DNA from: Hypanus sabinus
Lineage: Eukaryota
Assembly (NCBI RefSeq): GCF_030144855.1
Contig: NC_082722.1
Coordinates: forward strand, 26,908,001 to 26,972,000
Length of the DNA stretch: 64,000 bases
Direction of reading: 5' to 3'
Shown here: piece by piece, positions 37,286-50,665 of the stretch
Position numbering within the stretch: position 1 is the stretch's first letter
Layout: every line of letters starts with the position of its first letter
Program-made: the position numbers and the translations under genes
The notes under the pieces: generated by a model
The model's database searches: none
Told to the model about the DNA's origin: nothing
Seen by the model: the letters and a program-made list of their open reading frames with translations, nothing else

Positions 37286-40200
37286 TGTAAAACATATTGA
37301 AATAAATTGAAGGCTTAGATACATTTGAAAAGGTATAGCTCTTTAAATAAGTGAAAAGAAATTACTTCAACGTTTGAATAAATTGCGTTTTGTTGTCATC
37401 ATTATGAGATAAGTTAAGTGAAGAGAACGCGGTGATATTTTCACAGTGTTACAACAGCCATAACGTTCACATTTGAAACAATGTAAATGGGAGAAACAAA
37501 GTTTTGCTTTTCTCAATGAGTAAGCTCGTATTTTTGTTCGTATTTCCAACACTAAAAGCAATCGTTTATTCGTTGGTCGGAGACACTTCCGCCTAACGGG
37601 CGGCTCAAGGAATGTGTAAAGGTCATTGCAAAACTCACCATTGTCCTCCTAAGCCCAACTATGTTTAAATCAGACTAACAACATATTGGACCTATGTTGA
37701 GTCATAGCTCTCGTTGCGGAAGTTTGCTTCGATTTTCAGCTTCTCGTCTTTTTAAAAACATGTACATCTGCGTACTTTGCAAGTTCCTGTTTCTGACTAA
37801 ATGCTGATACAATTTTGATACTGAGAAGATGCAGAACGATCGAGGCCAACTTGCTAATCTCTTAACCTGTGACCTGTGAAAGTAAATCATATTGACCATT
37901 AGTTCATCATGCTGCGGCTGCAGAGGCGCCCGAGTCTGAAGGAAAGTGGTCACATGTGTATCTCTATCTCATTGATTAACAGCGGCAGGCTGTAACCGCA
38001 ATGTTTACCGTTTTAAATAAACTTTATTTTTCTGTTTTTCCAATCGGGCTGAAATCTTGTGCTAAGGTCACATATCTCGCACACAGAGTAATGCTGGTGC
38101 TCAGTTTAACATCCACCCTTTCATATGAAGGTTAATACAATCTATTTAAGGGAGTGGCTGAATGCTAAGATAAAAACAACCTTTCTGCAACCGACGCTTT
38201 GCGATACTAATGTTGCAAATGATTATTTTAATGATTGCCGATGGTCAAATTGACCTGCTGCTTCTGTGGGTGTCGATTCAGGCTTTTTGAATACAGTAAT
38301 TGCAAAAAAAAACAACAACAAAATTGGGAAATAATTTTCGATCAAAAAGCTACCACCTCATACCTAGAAGATTGAAAGGTGGACCATTTTACCTGGGTCT
38401 CAGTGTCTCCCTGCTTTACAATAACTTCGGTCATTATGGGAATAACCTGAAGCCGAGGTACTCTTGCAATTTTCGAGGCATTATCTGCCTATAAAAATTT
38501 TCGTGACACTGTTATAGAGCTGAAAAGGTTTAGATTTTCCCCGTCTTTTTCCCTTCATAATTTAAAAATATTATTTTCAGTGAAATCATCAACCATCGTC
38601 TAACACAGACTGTGAACGTAAAGCAAATATAATGGTGACTGTGCAAAGGGCAAAATGGGTGATCGGGTGAAACCTGCTTACATTTCCAGACATGTAGATT
38701 CACAAACTTTGTAATTAGTGAAACTTCGTAAAATATCATAGGATTTACATTATCATACCAGGTTAGTTATAATGTTTATTTTCTCAATGTCAAGTATATT
38801 TGAATCACATATTCCTAGCAATATACGAATATCTGCAAAAATTCTCACATTACGATTCATGCTCTACATTTTTTCAGTCACTTCAAACTGAGGAAGCATT
38901 TGTATTCCCGCCAAATGTTGAAACCAGATTCCGGAGGGAAGTGAAGATGTTCATTGTAAATATTTTGCAAATAAATATGTAATGCAGCCAGAATGGTTTC
39001 TTTCTGTTTACCAAAGTTCTAAGATTCTGTCGAATTAACATGTTATTTGCTTCCCTTACTGCAGTTAGTCTGTTCCTAATTAAACAATTTTAGAAACTAA
39101 AGAAACCGTTTCATCTCGCCAAATTGGTTTGATTCTCATCTCCTATCAAAGAATTGTGCTTACACTTAAAGGAAAGAGGGGGGAATTAGTGTTTGATTCT
39201 CACTTCCACTCAAAGTATTATGCTTAGATATAAGGGAAAGGAAGGGGAATCCATGAGCCTCCAATGAATATTGTATCATGATGCAAATCGATTTTGTTAC
39301 CGAAAGTAAGATAGTCTGAGGGAACTTTCTGAACGTGTGTAGCAGTACCCGTTATTCTAATATTGTGCTTTGTGTATAACACTCACCTTCATCTTTTGTG
39401 AATCTCATCCCCTCTCATCTAAACTGTTTTTTTTTTCCAGTCTGGGTTACATTGTGCTCTTAGCTACTTCAAAAGTACTGGTTACAAAATCTACCTCAAC
39501 TATTTGCTTACTTTTTGCTCTGCACTCGATTCTGAAGATAACCAAACGACTCCCTACCATGGTTCTATCTGCAGCATTGTATGACTCAAATGATTTCTAC
39601 ATACATCGGAAGAATCTGAGGATTTCTTCAAAATACCTTCCAAATATCTGGACCTGACTTCCACTACCTTACTTCCCATTTTCTATTTTCTAATTATGAT
39701 TTATAATTTAAATTTTCATTATATCTACTTCGATTGGCACTTCAGTGAGCTCGAAACGCAGAAAGAAATATCACTGTGATGATGGTACGCTCTAGTATCA
39801 ATTGTTTGGTTGCAATAAAGTATCTAAGTACCTAAAGTATCTAATACATGTGTAGCTATTGTGTGAGTGGCCATATCGGGTACCTTGATGACAGTGAGAA
39901 TCAATTCGGAATTGACTTACTTTGATTGAGTGTGTCATAATTAAGCAATAACACTTACAGAGCATTTAGTCGGAGGAAAATATTTCCTTCTCATTGACGT
40001 GACTCCATAAAAGTGATAATTGAAACTGTTCTTTTCTTAATTTCAATTCAGATTCACGATATTATGAAAGCCATAAATTTTATTTATACAGTCCCTAACA
40101 TGATGTGGATCAGAAACTCATTTATATTTTTGTTGTTAATATTGCGTTAGGTGCCAGATAATCTGATCAAGGGAGAAGCTTTGAAATAGAAATATTTATC

Positions 40201-43200
40201 ATTTAAATCAAAGTTAATTCTGAAATTTATTTTGTAAGATCCAACACAAAGGAGAATGCACCTTCGAATCAACAAATGCATTGCAAATATAAGCAACTTA
40301 AAGTGGAACTTTTCTGTAGAATTCCATTACTCAACTTGTATGCTTCACAATATTGTTTGAAGTAAACCCAATGCAATTCGGTTATACGACTCACTCATAT
40401 AATTTAATCGCTAAAGGAACATCAGGTTGATATTTGAAGACAAGCTAAACAGTGGAATGTTTTCTTGAACTAGATTTTCTCTTTTATCTCCACCTTTATT
40501 TTCGCATTATGCTAATCACATTTTTTTCCTCTTTTCTCTCTCTGTTTTTCAGCTATGTCCAGATAATTACTGTTCTACTTCTTTCACTTCTGTTCATTTG
40601 TGAACTCTAGTGAACCTTGGGAATACTGCGAGTATCCAAGGTGATATTTCCTGTTGGCAATTTATTTCTCCAAAGAAGCAATGTTTCTGAATAAAAATTA
40701 AAGGAATTTGAAACAGCATGCATTATCTTTAAGCCTCCGTATGAGAGAAGTGAAAATCATTTTTATTCAGCAGTGATTCGAAAATTATTCAGTTACCTCT
40801 TTTGATATTTGCTAAAAGACGAAAAATTGGGAACGTTAGTTCTAAGGGAATAATCAAAATTTGAAGGAAGATAGAAAATAAGTAACCACCCTCGTGAGCT
40901 TCTATACAGGAAACGTGATGGTTTATATTTGTGAAACAAAAATTTTGATTATTATCCCTGCTTTAAATGCTTGCATACAGGTTGCTATGGCAATAATATA
41001 TGACGTATTTGCTGACCTTCGAAAAGTCTGGTAAAAATCTGCAGTTTTTGTGAAATAATAAGCACAACATTTGGATTCATGGAGCAACACAATAAGCGCT
41101 GGGGCGACTCAGCGCGCCAGGCAGCATAATGGAAGGGAAATAAACAATCGATGGCTGGAGCCTAGTCTCTTCATCTGGAATTTCATTGTCTAGTCAGGAA
41201 ATTAGATAGTGAGGAACATGGAAATTAAACCTTCTAATCTTCATGCTCGATTTTCTCCTTTCTGTTTTTGTAACTGTTGGATTGAAATATTTTTTAAAGG
41301 TTTTATTTTCTTATTATTTAAATAACTTATATTTGCATACTTGAAACTTTATAAATGATTTAAGTACTTTAAGAAGAAATGATTTGTCAGTCTATTAAAG
41401 ATCAAAAATTGTCTCTGAAGTTACATCTCCGTTTTATACGTACTGGTCATTTATACACCCGAAAGTCCAATATACCATCTATAATTGTGAACTTTTATAA
41501 TGTACATGGCCTCGTTATACAAAACTTTGCTAATATTCTATGATATCGAGTACGAAGGGTTGCTACAGATAATATATATCTGATATCTTGCCAAAGTTAC
41601 TAATGATTTCTGCTGGTATACGACTCACCACATAATCAAAACAAGTTGAAAAACACAGCAAATGTGGAAGGTTTGGAAAATAACCGATTAGTTTGGCACC
41701 TTCGGTGGAGAGAAAAGTCTCTGGGAGGCATTCACCATGCAATAAACCCGAAAAAAATCTTAATCTGGCATTTTCCACAGTTGCTTCCTGAGTTCGCGTG
41801 GACTCTAAATTTGCAAAATCTAAGGCTTTTGCGTCCTTCCACCCTCCAATCAGGAACACAGATACTACCCACTCAGTTCCTAACTTGTTTCTTTCCATTT
41901 TCATTTAGAAATTTAATGAAACTTCGTAGTCCCAGAACAAACTCCAAATGGTCACCAATTAGCCTCTTAGTACAATATGAGTATTTTTTTTCTTGAATCA
42001 CATCTCTCGAGCTCTCACACTCGAACAATTTCAACAGTCAACTCAAATAATTATCTTCAAATCTCATTTTTCAATCGGTTCAGATGTGGAACATTTCTGA
42101 TACACTTTGAAAATTCGGTATTAAATAAATGTACCACGATAAGATGCCAGTGTCCACAATTTCAATAGAGCCTTTCTTTTAACTGAGATTTCGAAGATTT
42201 CTTTGCGTAATTAAACTGAAGTATTTCAAAACTTTCATCCATGTTCCAGATCCCCGCTGTTTTCACCACACACATGACTACATGACTACACACTTAATTC
42301 GGCATTCAACATTCTGAGCATTTAACCGGGCAGGAAATGTTAAGCATGTATAGACAATACTTGCTTAGCATTTATTCTAGGATCTGTGGTTCTATTCATG
42401 CAAGGCAATTTGTCCTCACGATCTTATCATAATCTTAAGCGATATCACATTAGTTCCGAGAGACAACTGCTTTAGCTGAAAATAATCTGCAATTTTTTCA
42501 GCTGGAAATGTTCACGATACATTTGTTCGGCGGATATAAAGAGAGTTTCTCTCCTGGCACTGACTTCATTTTGTTTATTCGAGCGCTGAAGAACGGTTTA
42601 GGTCTGAAATATCGACTGTTTATTCAAATGCATCGATGCTGCCGAAAGTGCTGAGTTGCTTCAGCATTTGGTGTACTGTAGCTCTAGATTTTCCGCATCA
42701 GCAGAAAACCTTGTGTTTATAAATTTTCTCCTGCCTAGGATTACAAATTGCAATTATTCGATGTTCTTAGAAAAATATTCGTATATTTAAAACTGGTATT
42801 TAACTGATATTAAAATGGTTGTTATACGTTTGTACGTTTGTTTTTACGTTTGATATACGTTTGAATGACATATCGTGAGTACAAAAACACATAATTTTCA
42901 GAAATAGCTTTACACGTAATTTACTTAAATTAACTTTTTTAATTTTCACTTAAGCGTTAAACGTGATAACGTGGTCACCTGCAACTTACTCGCCTGAGGC
43001 GGTGAAGCTTCTGACCGCACGGAGTTTCCATGATGTCACCAGCTAACTGTGAGTGCAGTTACTTTGCTGTGTTTGCTCTCGTTTGGCAAATACATCTGTA
43101 TTGAGTGCATCTTGTCATTGCAAAGGTAGAAAGGTTCGGAATTACACACACACGCAAAAACTTGCACAATAGGTTCTATAGATGCGGCTTGAACGTTCAT

Positions 43201-44087
43201 TTAGATATAGTTCTATAATCGTACCATATCTTGATGGAGAACAGCAAAAGGGATAGTTTTGAACACGTTCTGATTCTGGGCCATTCAGAGAGTATCACTC
43301 GTGAGTGAGCCGTTAAACACATAAAAACAGTTAGGTTACCAAAAGGAGTACAAAAGAGAAGATAAATATTACATTCCAGAGTTAAGGCTCGGCATTGTTC
43401 GCCGTGGAAGAGACAGGATCATTGGGGGTTGAGGAACAGGGTAAACCGCAAATCAGCCGAGGTATATTTTTAGCTCTGGGGGTGGGCCTGAAAAAGGGGA
43501 TAGAACCAGCAGCAACAAAAGCACGGAGAGATTTGAAAGGATAGATGACAATTATAAAATCCGTGTTTTGTTTCACTAAGTAGCAGAGTGGATCGGTGAG
43601 CGCGTGGAATTCAGATAAACGGGTAGCACACTCAAACCATAACCTTAGAATTCGAATTAGTTCTTAGAATTAGACATCCACATTGGCACGTATATAGAGT
43701 CCCAAAGTAACGTCCTCTCACCCAGGAGTGCACAAAGAAGCACAAAGGCAGACTTTTCTTCTGCATCTACTCGGACTGCAATGCCCTGAAACTCTACAAT
43801 ACGATTGCTTTCTCAGCACAATAGGCAGGAAAGTCGAACCATTGTCGCACATTCCTAGTGACCGTGACCCGAAGTTTTCTGAATTATAACGACACTTTAC
43901 TTGCTAGGACACAGCATGTCCCCACATCTACATTTCTGTAACAGTACCATCTTCATACTGATGCACCCATTGTTGACTGCACACATTTTCAGTCATCTTG
44001 CATTTATTTACGTTCCTGCAAAACTATGTGGTGTAGTACGGGGCATGTCCTCGTGACCTATCGCTCAGGGCTCAGGACTTACCTTTA

Positions 44088-45350
44088 TTCATAGAAACAT
44101 AGAAAACCTATAGCACAATACAGGCCATTCGGCCACAAGGTTGTGCCAAACATGTCCCTAATCGAGAAATTACTAGGCTTACCAATAGCCCTCTGTTTTT
44201 CTAAGCTCCATGTACCTATCCTTGTTGATTTCTGGTTTAACTACACCACGCCTCTATTGCCCAGTAACTCATGCGAAAGGCTGCGATTAAGCCTCATCTC
44301 TTGTCTGTTCTTTCTATCATCTCTTTCTCACTGTATCTTTGATTTATTTCTGTTCTCCCCTTCCTCGACCCTGTCACTCCCGTTCCCAAAATAGATTAAA
44401 TGCTCACTAACAGCTCTATTAAATGAGCCCGCAGGGATATCGGACCCCCTTGGGTTCAGGTGCAGTCCGTCTTTCTCTCCAGGTCGTACCTCCCCGAGAA
44501 GAAGCCCCAATGATCCAGGAATCTGAAGCCCTGTCCCCTACAGCAGTCTCTCAGCCATATAGTAACACGGCTCATCATGCTATGTTTACTCGCTAGCGGT
44601 AGCATAGGCAGCAATACTGAGATTAGTACCCAAGAGGTCATGCTTTTCAGCTTCCGACCTAACTCCCTAGATTCTCTCTTCAGGGCCTCCTCCCACGTTT
44701 TATCTTTGCCATTTGTACCAACGTGTACCAGGACATCTGGCTGTTTACCCCCCCCCCCTCAGAATACTCTGCACCCGATCCGAGACACACCGTACCCTGG
44801 CACCTGGGAGGCAACACACCATGCAGGTACCCTTACCAGTCTGACAGAACCTCCTGTATGTTCCTCTCACAATGGAAAACCCTTTGATTATTGTATTCCT
44901 CATCTTCCTCTTTCCCTTCTGTACCACGGAACCAGGCACAGTGCCACAGACCCAATCGCCCTGGTCGCACTCTGTAAAGTCACCCCCCCTCAACCGCTTC
45001 CAAAACGAGATAACGATTTCTGAAAGGGATGGCCACAGGGTTGCTCTCAACTAATTGAGCTCTCCCACTCGCTTCCCTAACCGTCACACACTTATCTAAT
45101 TCATGCAGCCTCGGTGTTACTAACTCCATGTAGCTCCTCTCTATCTCCTGTTCACACTCGCCAATAAGCTGTAGATCATCGAGTCGCAGCTTTAGATCCC
45201 TAACACGGTCTGTCAGGAGATGCATCACGGTGCACCTGGCGTAGATGTGGCCTTCTGGAAGAGTGGAAAATTCCCGTGATTCCCACATCTGACACCCAGA
45301 ACAAATTAATAACCCTACCAACATGCGCTCTATTCCTTAGAAACTGCAAA
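44088..45350 (-). mobile_element. CR1 3' tail plus CR1 ORF1 fragment, same insertion as ~26.4-27.5 kb
   Basis: ORFs RGTYRRFCQ..MVCCLPGARVRCVSDRV and CSGCQMWESRE..HIYARCTVMHLL. Confidence 0.88.
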
Positions 45351-46559
45351 GTAAAACCAAAAACGAAGTCCACCTACACACTGAGCTCGCCGAAACCTCC
45401 ATGATCCAAAGCCTGCCGGGTCTACGCTCGCCACTGGCCTACTCCCGACAATGGGCGCTCCGCTGAACCAGTCTGTACTTTTATTTAGTTCGTTGAGCTC
45501 AGTTACCGCCGCTGATAGACTAACAATTGACTAACTCCCGCGAAGCTCTCGTTTTAATTAACTGAGATATCAGTACCGTCTTTAAGCAGGACTTTGTTAT
45601 CGAAGTATTGAAAGGTGGCTAATGGTCTTTTATTTAAAGAGACCCGCAAGTACAGGTGACATGCCAAATATCGGTGCTGGGAAAGAAACTGGAATGAAGG
45701 ACAGAATCTGTCAGAGTTTGGAAAGGGGCGGAATATAAAAGTAACCTGTAAAATATAAAAGTAACATGGATTTCTCAAGGTGAATCGTCTCAAACAAACT
45801 TGATTCAGTTGTTTTGAAGAGGCTATGCAGAAAATTGCTGAAGGCAGGACAGTAAATTCTATCTTAATTTAATTTTGCACGATGCCGTACAACAGTCTAT
45901 TATAGAATGCTGGGCGACACGGGAGCCAGAATGTGCCAGCCAACTGAGCACAAGAACACAAAGTTCGTTTCCTAGTGGAATCAGATGGTGATAGTGGAGA
46001 TTTGATACCAAGAGCAAAGGTCTGTAACAATTAATGTACTAAAGAGGTAGGTCCTGGTTCCAATATTGTTTGACTTAGTTGATAGTATTTTTAAGTTGTT
46101 AATAAATTTCAAGGTGCAGTGGAATTAGAGATATACCAGACAGTGATCATTAACTAAGACGAGGAATCGGGAAAGTGGACCAAACAATTGCAGATAGACT
46201 TTAACTGGGACATTTGCAAAGTGTTGAATTTTGGTTAGTTAAACTGGGGCAGGAATTACGTAATAGATTGTCCTGAGCGTTGAAGTAGAACACGGTGACT
46301 GAGATACAGGCACGTTGATCCGTAAATTTGTCGACGTGGTGGACAGGCTGGTAAAGAAGCTGTTTATCACAATTAAGTTAACAGTTCGGAATCCGAATCG
46401 GGTTTCTATCACTGGCATTTGTCGTGATGTTTGTGAACTTAGCAGCGGCAGTTCAATGCAATACACAATGCAGAAAACGGGGAAAAAAATACAATAAATA
46501 AATAAATTAATCTAAAACAGTATATGTATATTAGATAGATTAAAACGTGAAAAAAATGA

Positions 46560-47180
46560 CATGTATTTAAAAAGTGGTAGTATTGACGGGTTCAATGTCC
46601 ATTTCGGAGTCCGATCGCAGAGGGGAAGAAGCTGTTCCTGTACTGCTGAGTGTGTTTCTTCAGGATTCTGTACGTTCTACTTGATGGTAACAGTGAGAAA
46701 AGGGCATGCCCTGGGTGTTGCAGGTCGTTAATTATGGACGCTGCCTTTTTGAGACACCGCTCCTTGAAGATGTGCTGTGTACTTTATAGGCTTATACCCA
46801 AGATGAAGCCAACTAAATTTACGACACTCTGTAGCTACTTTCTGTCCCGCGCAGAATCACACCACTCCCCCACCCCCATACCAGACAGTGACGCAGTTTG
46901 TCAGGATGCTCTCCACAGTTGAGTTACCGAAGTTTTTGTGTGTATTTGTGGACATACCACATATCTTAAAACACGCAATAAAGTATAGTCGCTACCGTGC
47001 CTACTTTATAGCTGCATCGATATATTGGGTCCAGGTTCGATCCTCAAGAGCTTGACACCCAAGATGTCGAAACTGATCACTCTCTTCGGTTCGGATCCCT
47101 CTATGAATATTGGTGTGTCTTCCTTCGTCTTACACTTCCTGAATTCACAAGCATCTCCTTCGTCTTACTGACGTTGAGTG
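46560..47180 (-). mobile_element. Rex1/Babar-type LINE fragment, paralog of 27840-28440
   Basis: Co-linear with 27.84-28.44 kb, including the junction to the adjacent CR1 remnant. Confidence 0.75.
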
Positions 47181-48189
47181 AAAGTTGTGTTAATGTGTAC
47201 AGGACCAGAGACGTCATGTTCAACTGTAGCAATCGTTGGTGAAACATGGTATTGTGCATTCGTTAGTGAAATGTAAGCTGTGCATTTGGATTGCCAACGA
47301 CTGAAGAGATACGATGAAACTTGAGATAGTGCAGAAAAGATTGACGAATATGTTAGTAGGACAGTGAGTGTGCTTTTAACTGTAGGAAGAGACTGGGGGT
47401 CATCATCCCCAGAGCTCAGGTGGTTGCGCGGTGACATATGTAATGTCAGGTAGCGCGTAGGCAGGGATATGATAAACGACTTTTACCCAGACCTGTTAAC
47501 TGAAAATGAGAATACATAGATTCCAGGCGAGAGAGAATGTATTTAAAAGAGTCTAAGGAAAGTTTTTCAATAAAAGAGTTTTTTTTTTTAAATGGAACAA
47601 AGTACCACATGAACGTATAGAACTGGGTACAATTCCAAAGTGTGAAGTACATTTAAATTGGTACATGGACAGAAAATGTTTATTGTGGTGAGATCCAAAC
47701 GCAGCCACATGGGATGAACTGCGGTTTTCAATAGTCCAATAGTTCAATAGTTCCAATTTACAATCAGAGAATGCATACAATATACAAACTGAAATTATTG
47801 GACTTCGCAGACATCTATGAAACGGAATAGTACCCTAAAAATTGAATGACAGCAGAAACGTTAGAATTGGGGCTAGAAAAGTTAGAAGGCTTTGCGGAGC
47901 CTTTTTCTCCTCCTTCCACGCACAAAAACCATCTACCCCCCACTGTTGCTCCTACCCCACCAAGCAAACAATGGCAAAGTCCCCAAGAAACCATGATTTG
48001 TAATACAGAAAAACTAATCGGCCTGCCAACGAATTCAACATGCCCCATTTCCCTCTCTCTCGAAAAAAGGGACACATAGCGAAAAGGGGGAGCAAGGAAG
48101 CAAACAGCTCGTTGTGCTATGGTTTTAAAGTCTGCTGTATTACTCTTTTTCGAGTTCTCCGACTTTATAATTGGCAAAGAGGGAAGCAG

Positions 48190-48208
48190 TGTGCGAGCGC
48201 GCGTGTGC

Positions 48209-48261
<53 letters not shown>

Positions 48262-48280
48262 AGAGAGAGAGTGAGAGAGC
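48190..48280. repeat. (GT)n(GA)n compound microsatellite
   Basis: Directly visible, at the position equivalent to 29.47-29.67 kb. Confidence 0.95.
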
Positions 48281-48339
48281 GAAATAGAAAGGCGGGGGAA
48301 ACAGAGAGAAAGACTGCAGTAAATAAGTATAGAGTGGGA

Positions 48340-49800
48340 CCAGGCCGAAAAAAAACCTACGTGGAGTGTAGAATTGCAAGGTATGTTCTCCGACTAGAAG
48401 GGAATGATGGGAATCACACTCGAGGAGAAAACGAAGTACAGGTACCTTACCAGTTTCAAATAAACTTTACAAATATTGACCAGATTGTTTTTAATTCAAC
48501 AGATGTTTGTTAATTGAAATTTGTACTAAAATGAAAATGTATTTAGCTCTTTGGAAGTACAGATGACAAAGAAAAACTCATATTTAACTGTTGGGGTAAA
48601 ATATTCGGGAAGTTTCAAATTTAGCAAAAAAAACAAACACTCGTTTAAATCGATTTCGATTTGACAATCCGTGTTAACACTGGAGACTATTGAACTAATT
48701 TTCCCAAGATTCAGATCAGACTATTGATGTAAGCACATTAATTATGTATTATTATTCATGTGCATGGTTTTCTCACATAAAATCTTTCCCCAGCCATCGG
48801 GATCGTTGAAATAGTTAAAAAAAGAGATGTCTTTTTTAGAAACATCTTGCAATTACTGCAATTTCCACGATACTTTCGGTGATATGTAAAAGGTTCTCGG
48901 GAGAATCAAAGGTGAGAAACAAAGTGAAAGCCATAGGTTTATACCCTTTCATCGGATTACCAATCGGAAATTTCTATTCTTTTCCTCTCTCCATCAAAAT
49001 TTTGGCAGAGAAGTGTTGTCACGAGAACGCGTTACGAATATTCGAACATCGTCCGATTTATATTTCCCTCGGTTGAACGTTGATATAAGTGTGGAAGAAT
49101 ATATGTTAATTGGCAGGCTTCCCCTGTCAAAAAAAAAACATACTCTCCGATGGTAGCGAATGTCTGGAATTATTTTTCATCCTGTAAGGTCTGGGGGGCA
49201 AAACTGTTGCGAAACTTTTAAGAGAAGTAAGTTTTTTTCTTGGAATCTTCGGGTCTATGTAGTAGGTCAGATGAGGAGACTACGACTGACCATATCAGAC
49301 ACTATCACCTTGATAGTCCGGGCAGTAAACAGGGCCGGAATGGCTTATTGCTGTTCATTTCTTAAATTTCTTTCTTTGCTTTTATTCTCTGAAAATTGCC
49401 TCTAATGAATCTGGAAAACGTCGAAGACCAAAATGATCGTTTATCTTCCCAATTTTTACCTGTAACACCGATCATCAACCTTTGATGGATGCAAGAAACG
49501 AAACGTGCGATGCTCTGCCCTACACTCATAGATAATATATGGCTATGAACTGCAATTGGATTCTCAGCTTCACAGCTTCTTGGATGTGTTTACATCTGTG
49601 TCCAATGTATGTTTGCTCTTATGTTTGGATGGCTGTGTGCAATTTGAATCGGGAATATGCAGAGCGGCAGAACTATTTAGTCAGCTCCATTTCCTTTATT
49701 CTGTGAAAGTAATCCAACATCAGCGGTTCGTCGAGCATTATTGACTCGACGATTGAATCACACGATTGTAAAATAAATTAGAGATGCACTCATAAGTGAA
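48340..49800 (+). repeat. Locus flank block, copy U3
   Basis: Homologous to 29.7-30.86 kb, 18.05-18.8 kb, 62.9-63.6 kb and, inverted, 1-690. Confidence 0.85.
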
Positions 49801-50469
49801 TAACTTTATTGCTTACGCTTTATACAGAATTATGTCAACGCTGTTTCAAAATTTCCATTAATTATTTATAGATTAACATTTCTTTCCTTACTTAAACAGA
49901 ACGTTAAGAAAATCAAGTTACGAGAGTAGAGAAATCCTTGAAGTAGCACTTATGGTTCAAAATAATTGTCTAAATCGCAATACAATCGTATTTTCTGTCA
50001 TCTGTGACTGATTGCCGAATCCTGTTTCGTTTATGGAGCTTACAGTTGTTTGCTCAGCCACAAGTGCCAACACAGTTCCAAATGCACATGGACATTGTTG
50101 TCAGTGGACGGCTCATAGCTGATAGAATGAACGTTGGCACTTTGTTCAGTCAGGCACTCTGATTACAGTTTGGTCACAATTCGGTATTCCCGGTGGTTCA
50201 ATTCTCCTCGGTTCATATCAGACACTTGTGTTTATTATGAGCAGTGGAGAGATCAACCGGTGCTTGTTCAGCCTGTTAGAAAAAATAGTTAATACAGCTA
50301 ACTGATACAGAGCTCAGTGATCATAAACTAAATTAGATGTGCCAAATCTAAACACCGAGGATAAAAAAAAACTGTTGGAATAACATTTTGTCTGTACACA
50401 ATGGTACTGGCCATAGATCATACGGGAGGTGGGATCTCGACCGTTTCAGGCTGGAAGTCGCTATGTTTA

Positions 50470-50665
50470 GACTTTCAAATCACCGCTTATAACAGTCCTA
50501 GGAATAGGATGGTGTTTTCAGTTCTGGCCATCTCTGTCTTCTCATCTCCTAAATTCTGTCTCTTAATCCGCTCTAAATTCTGTGCATGGGCACAGGCCCA
50601 ACTTTTACGCATACATCATATTATTGTAATCAATGACCTGATCAGAATTCTCCCCTCCGGTGCAA
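50470..50665 (-). pseudogene. G3 candidate terminal cytoplasmic exon remnant (..MRKSWACAHAQNLERIKRQNL..)
   Basis: Paralog of 33.0-33.17 kb. The position equivalent to the G2 acceptor reads CCG, and there is an upstream in-frame TGA. Confidence 0.3.
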
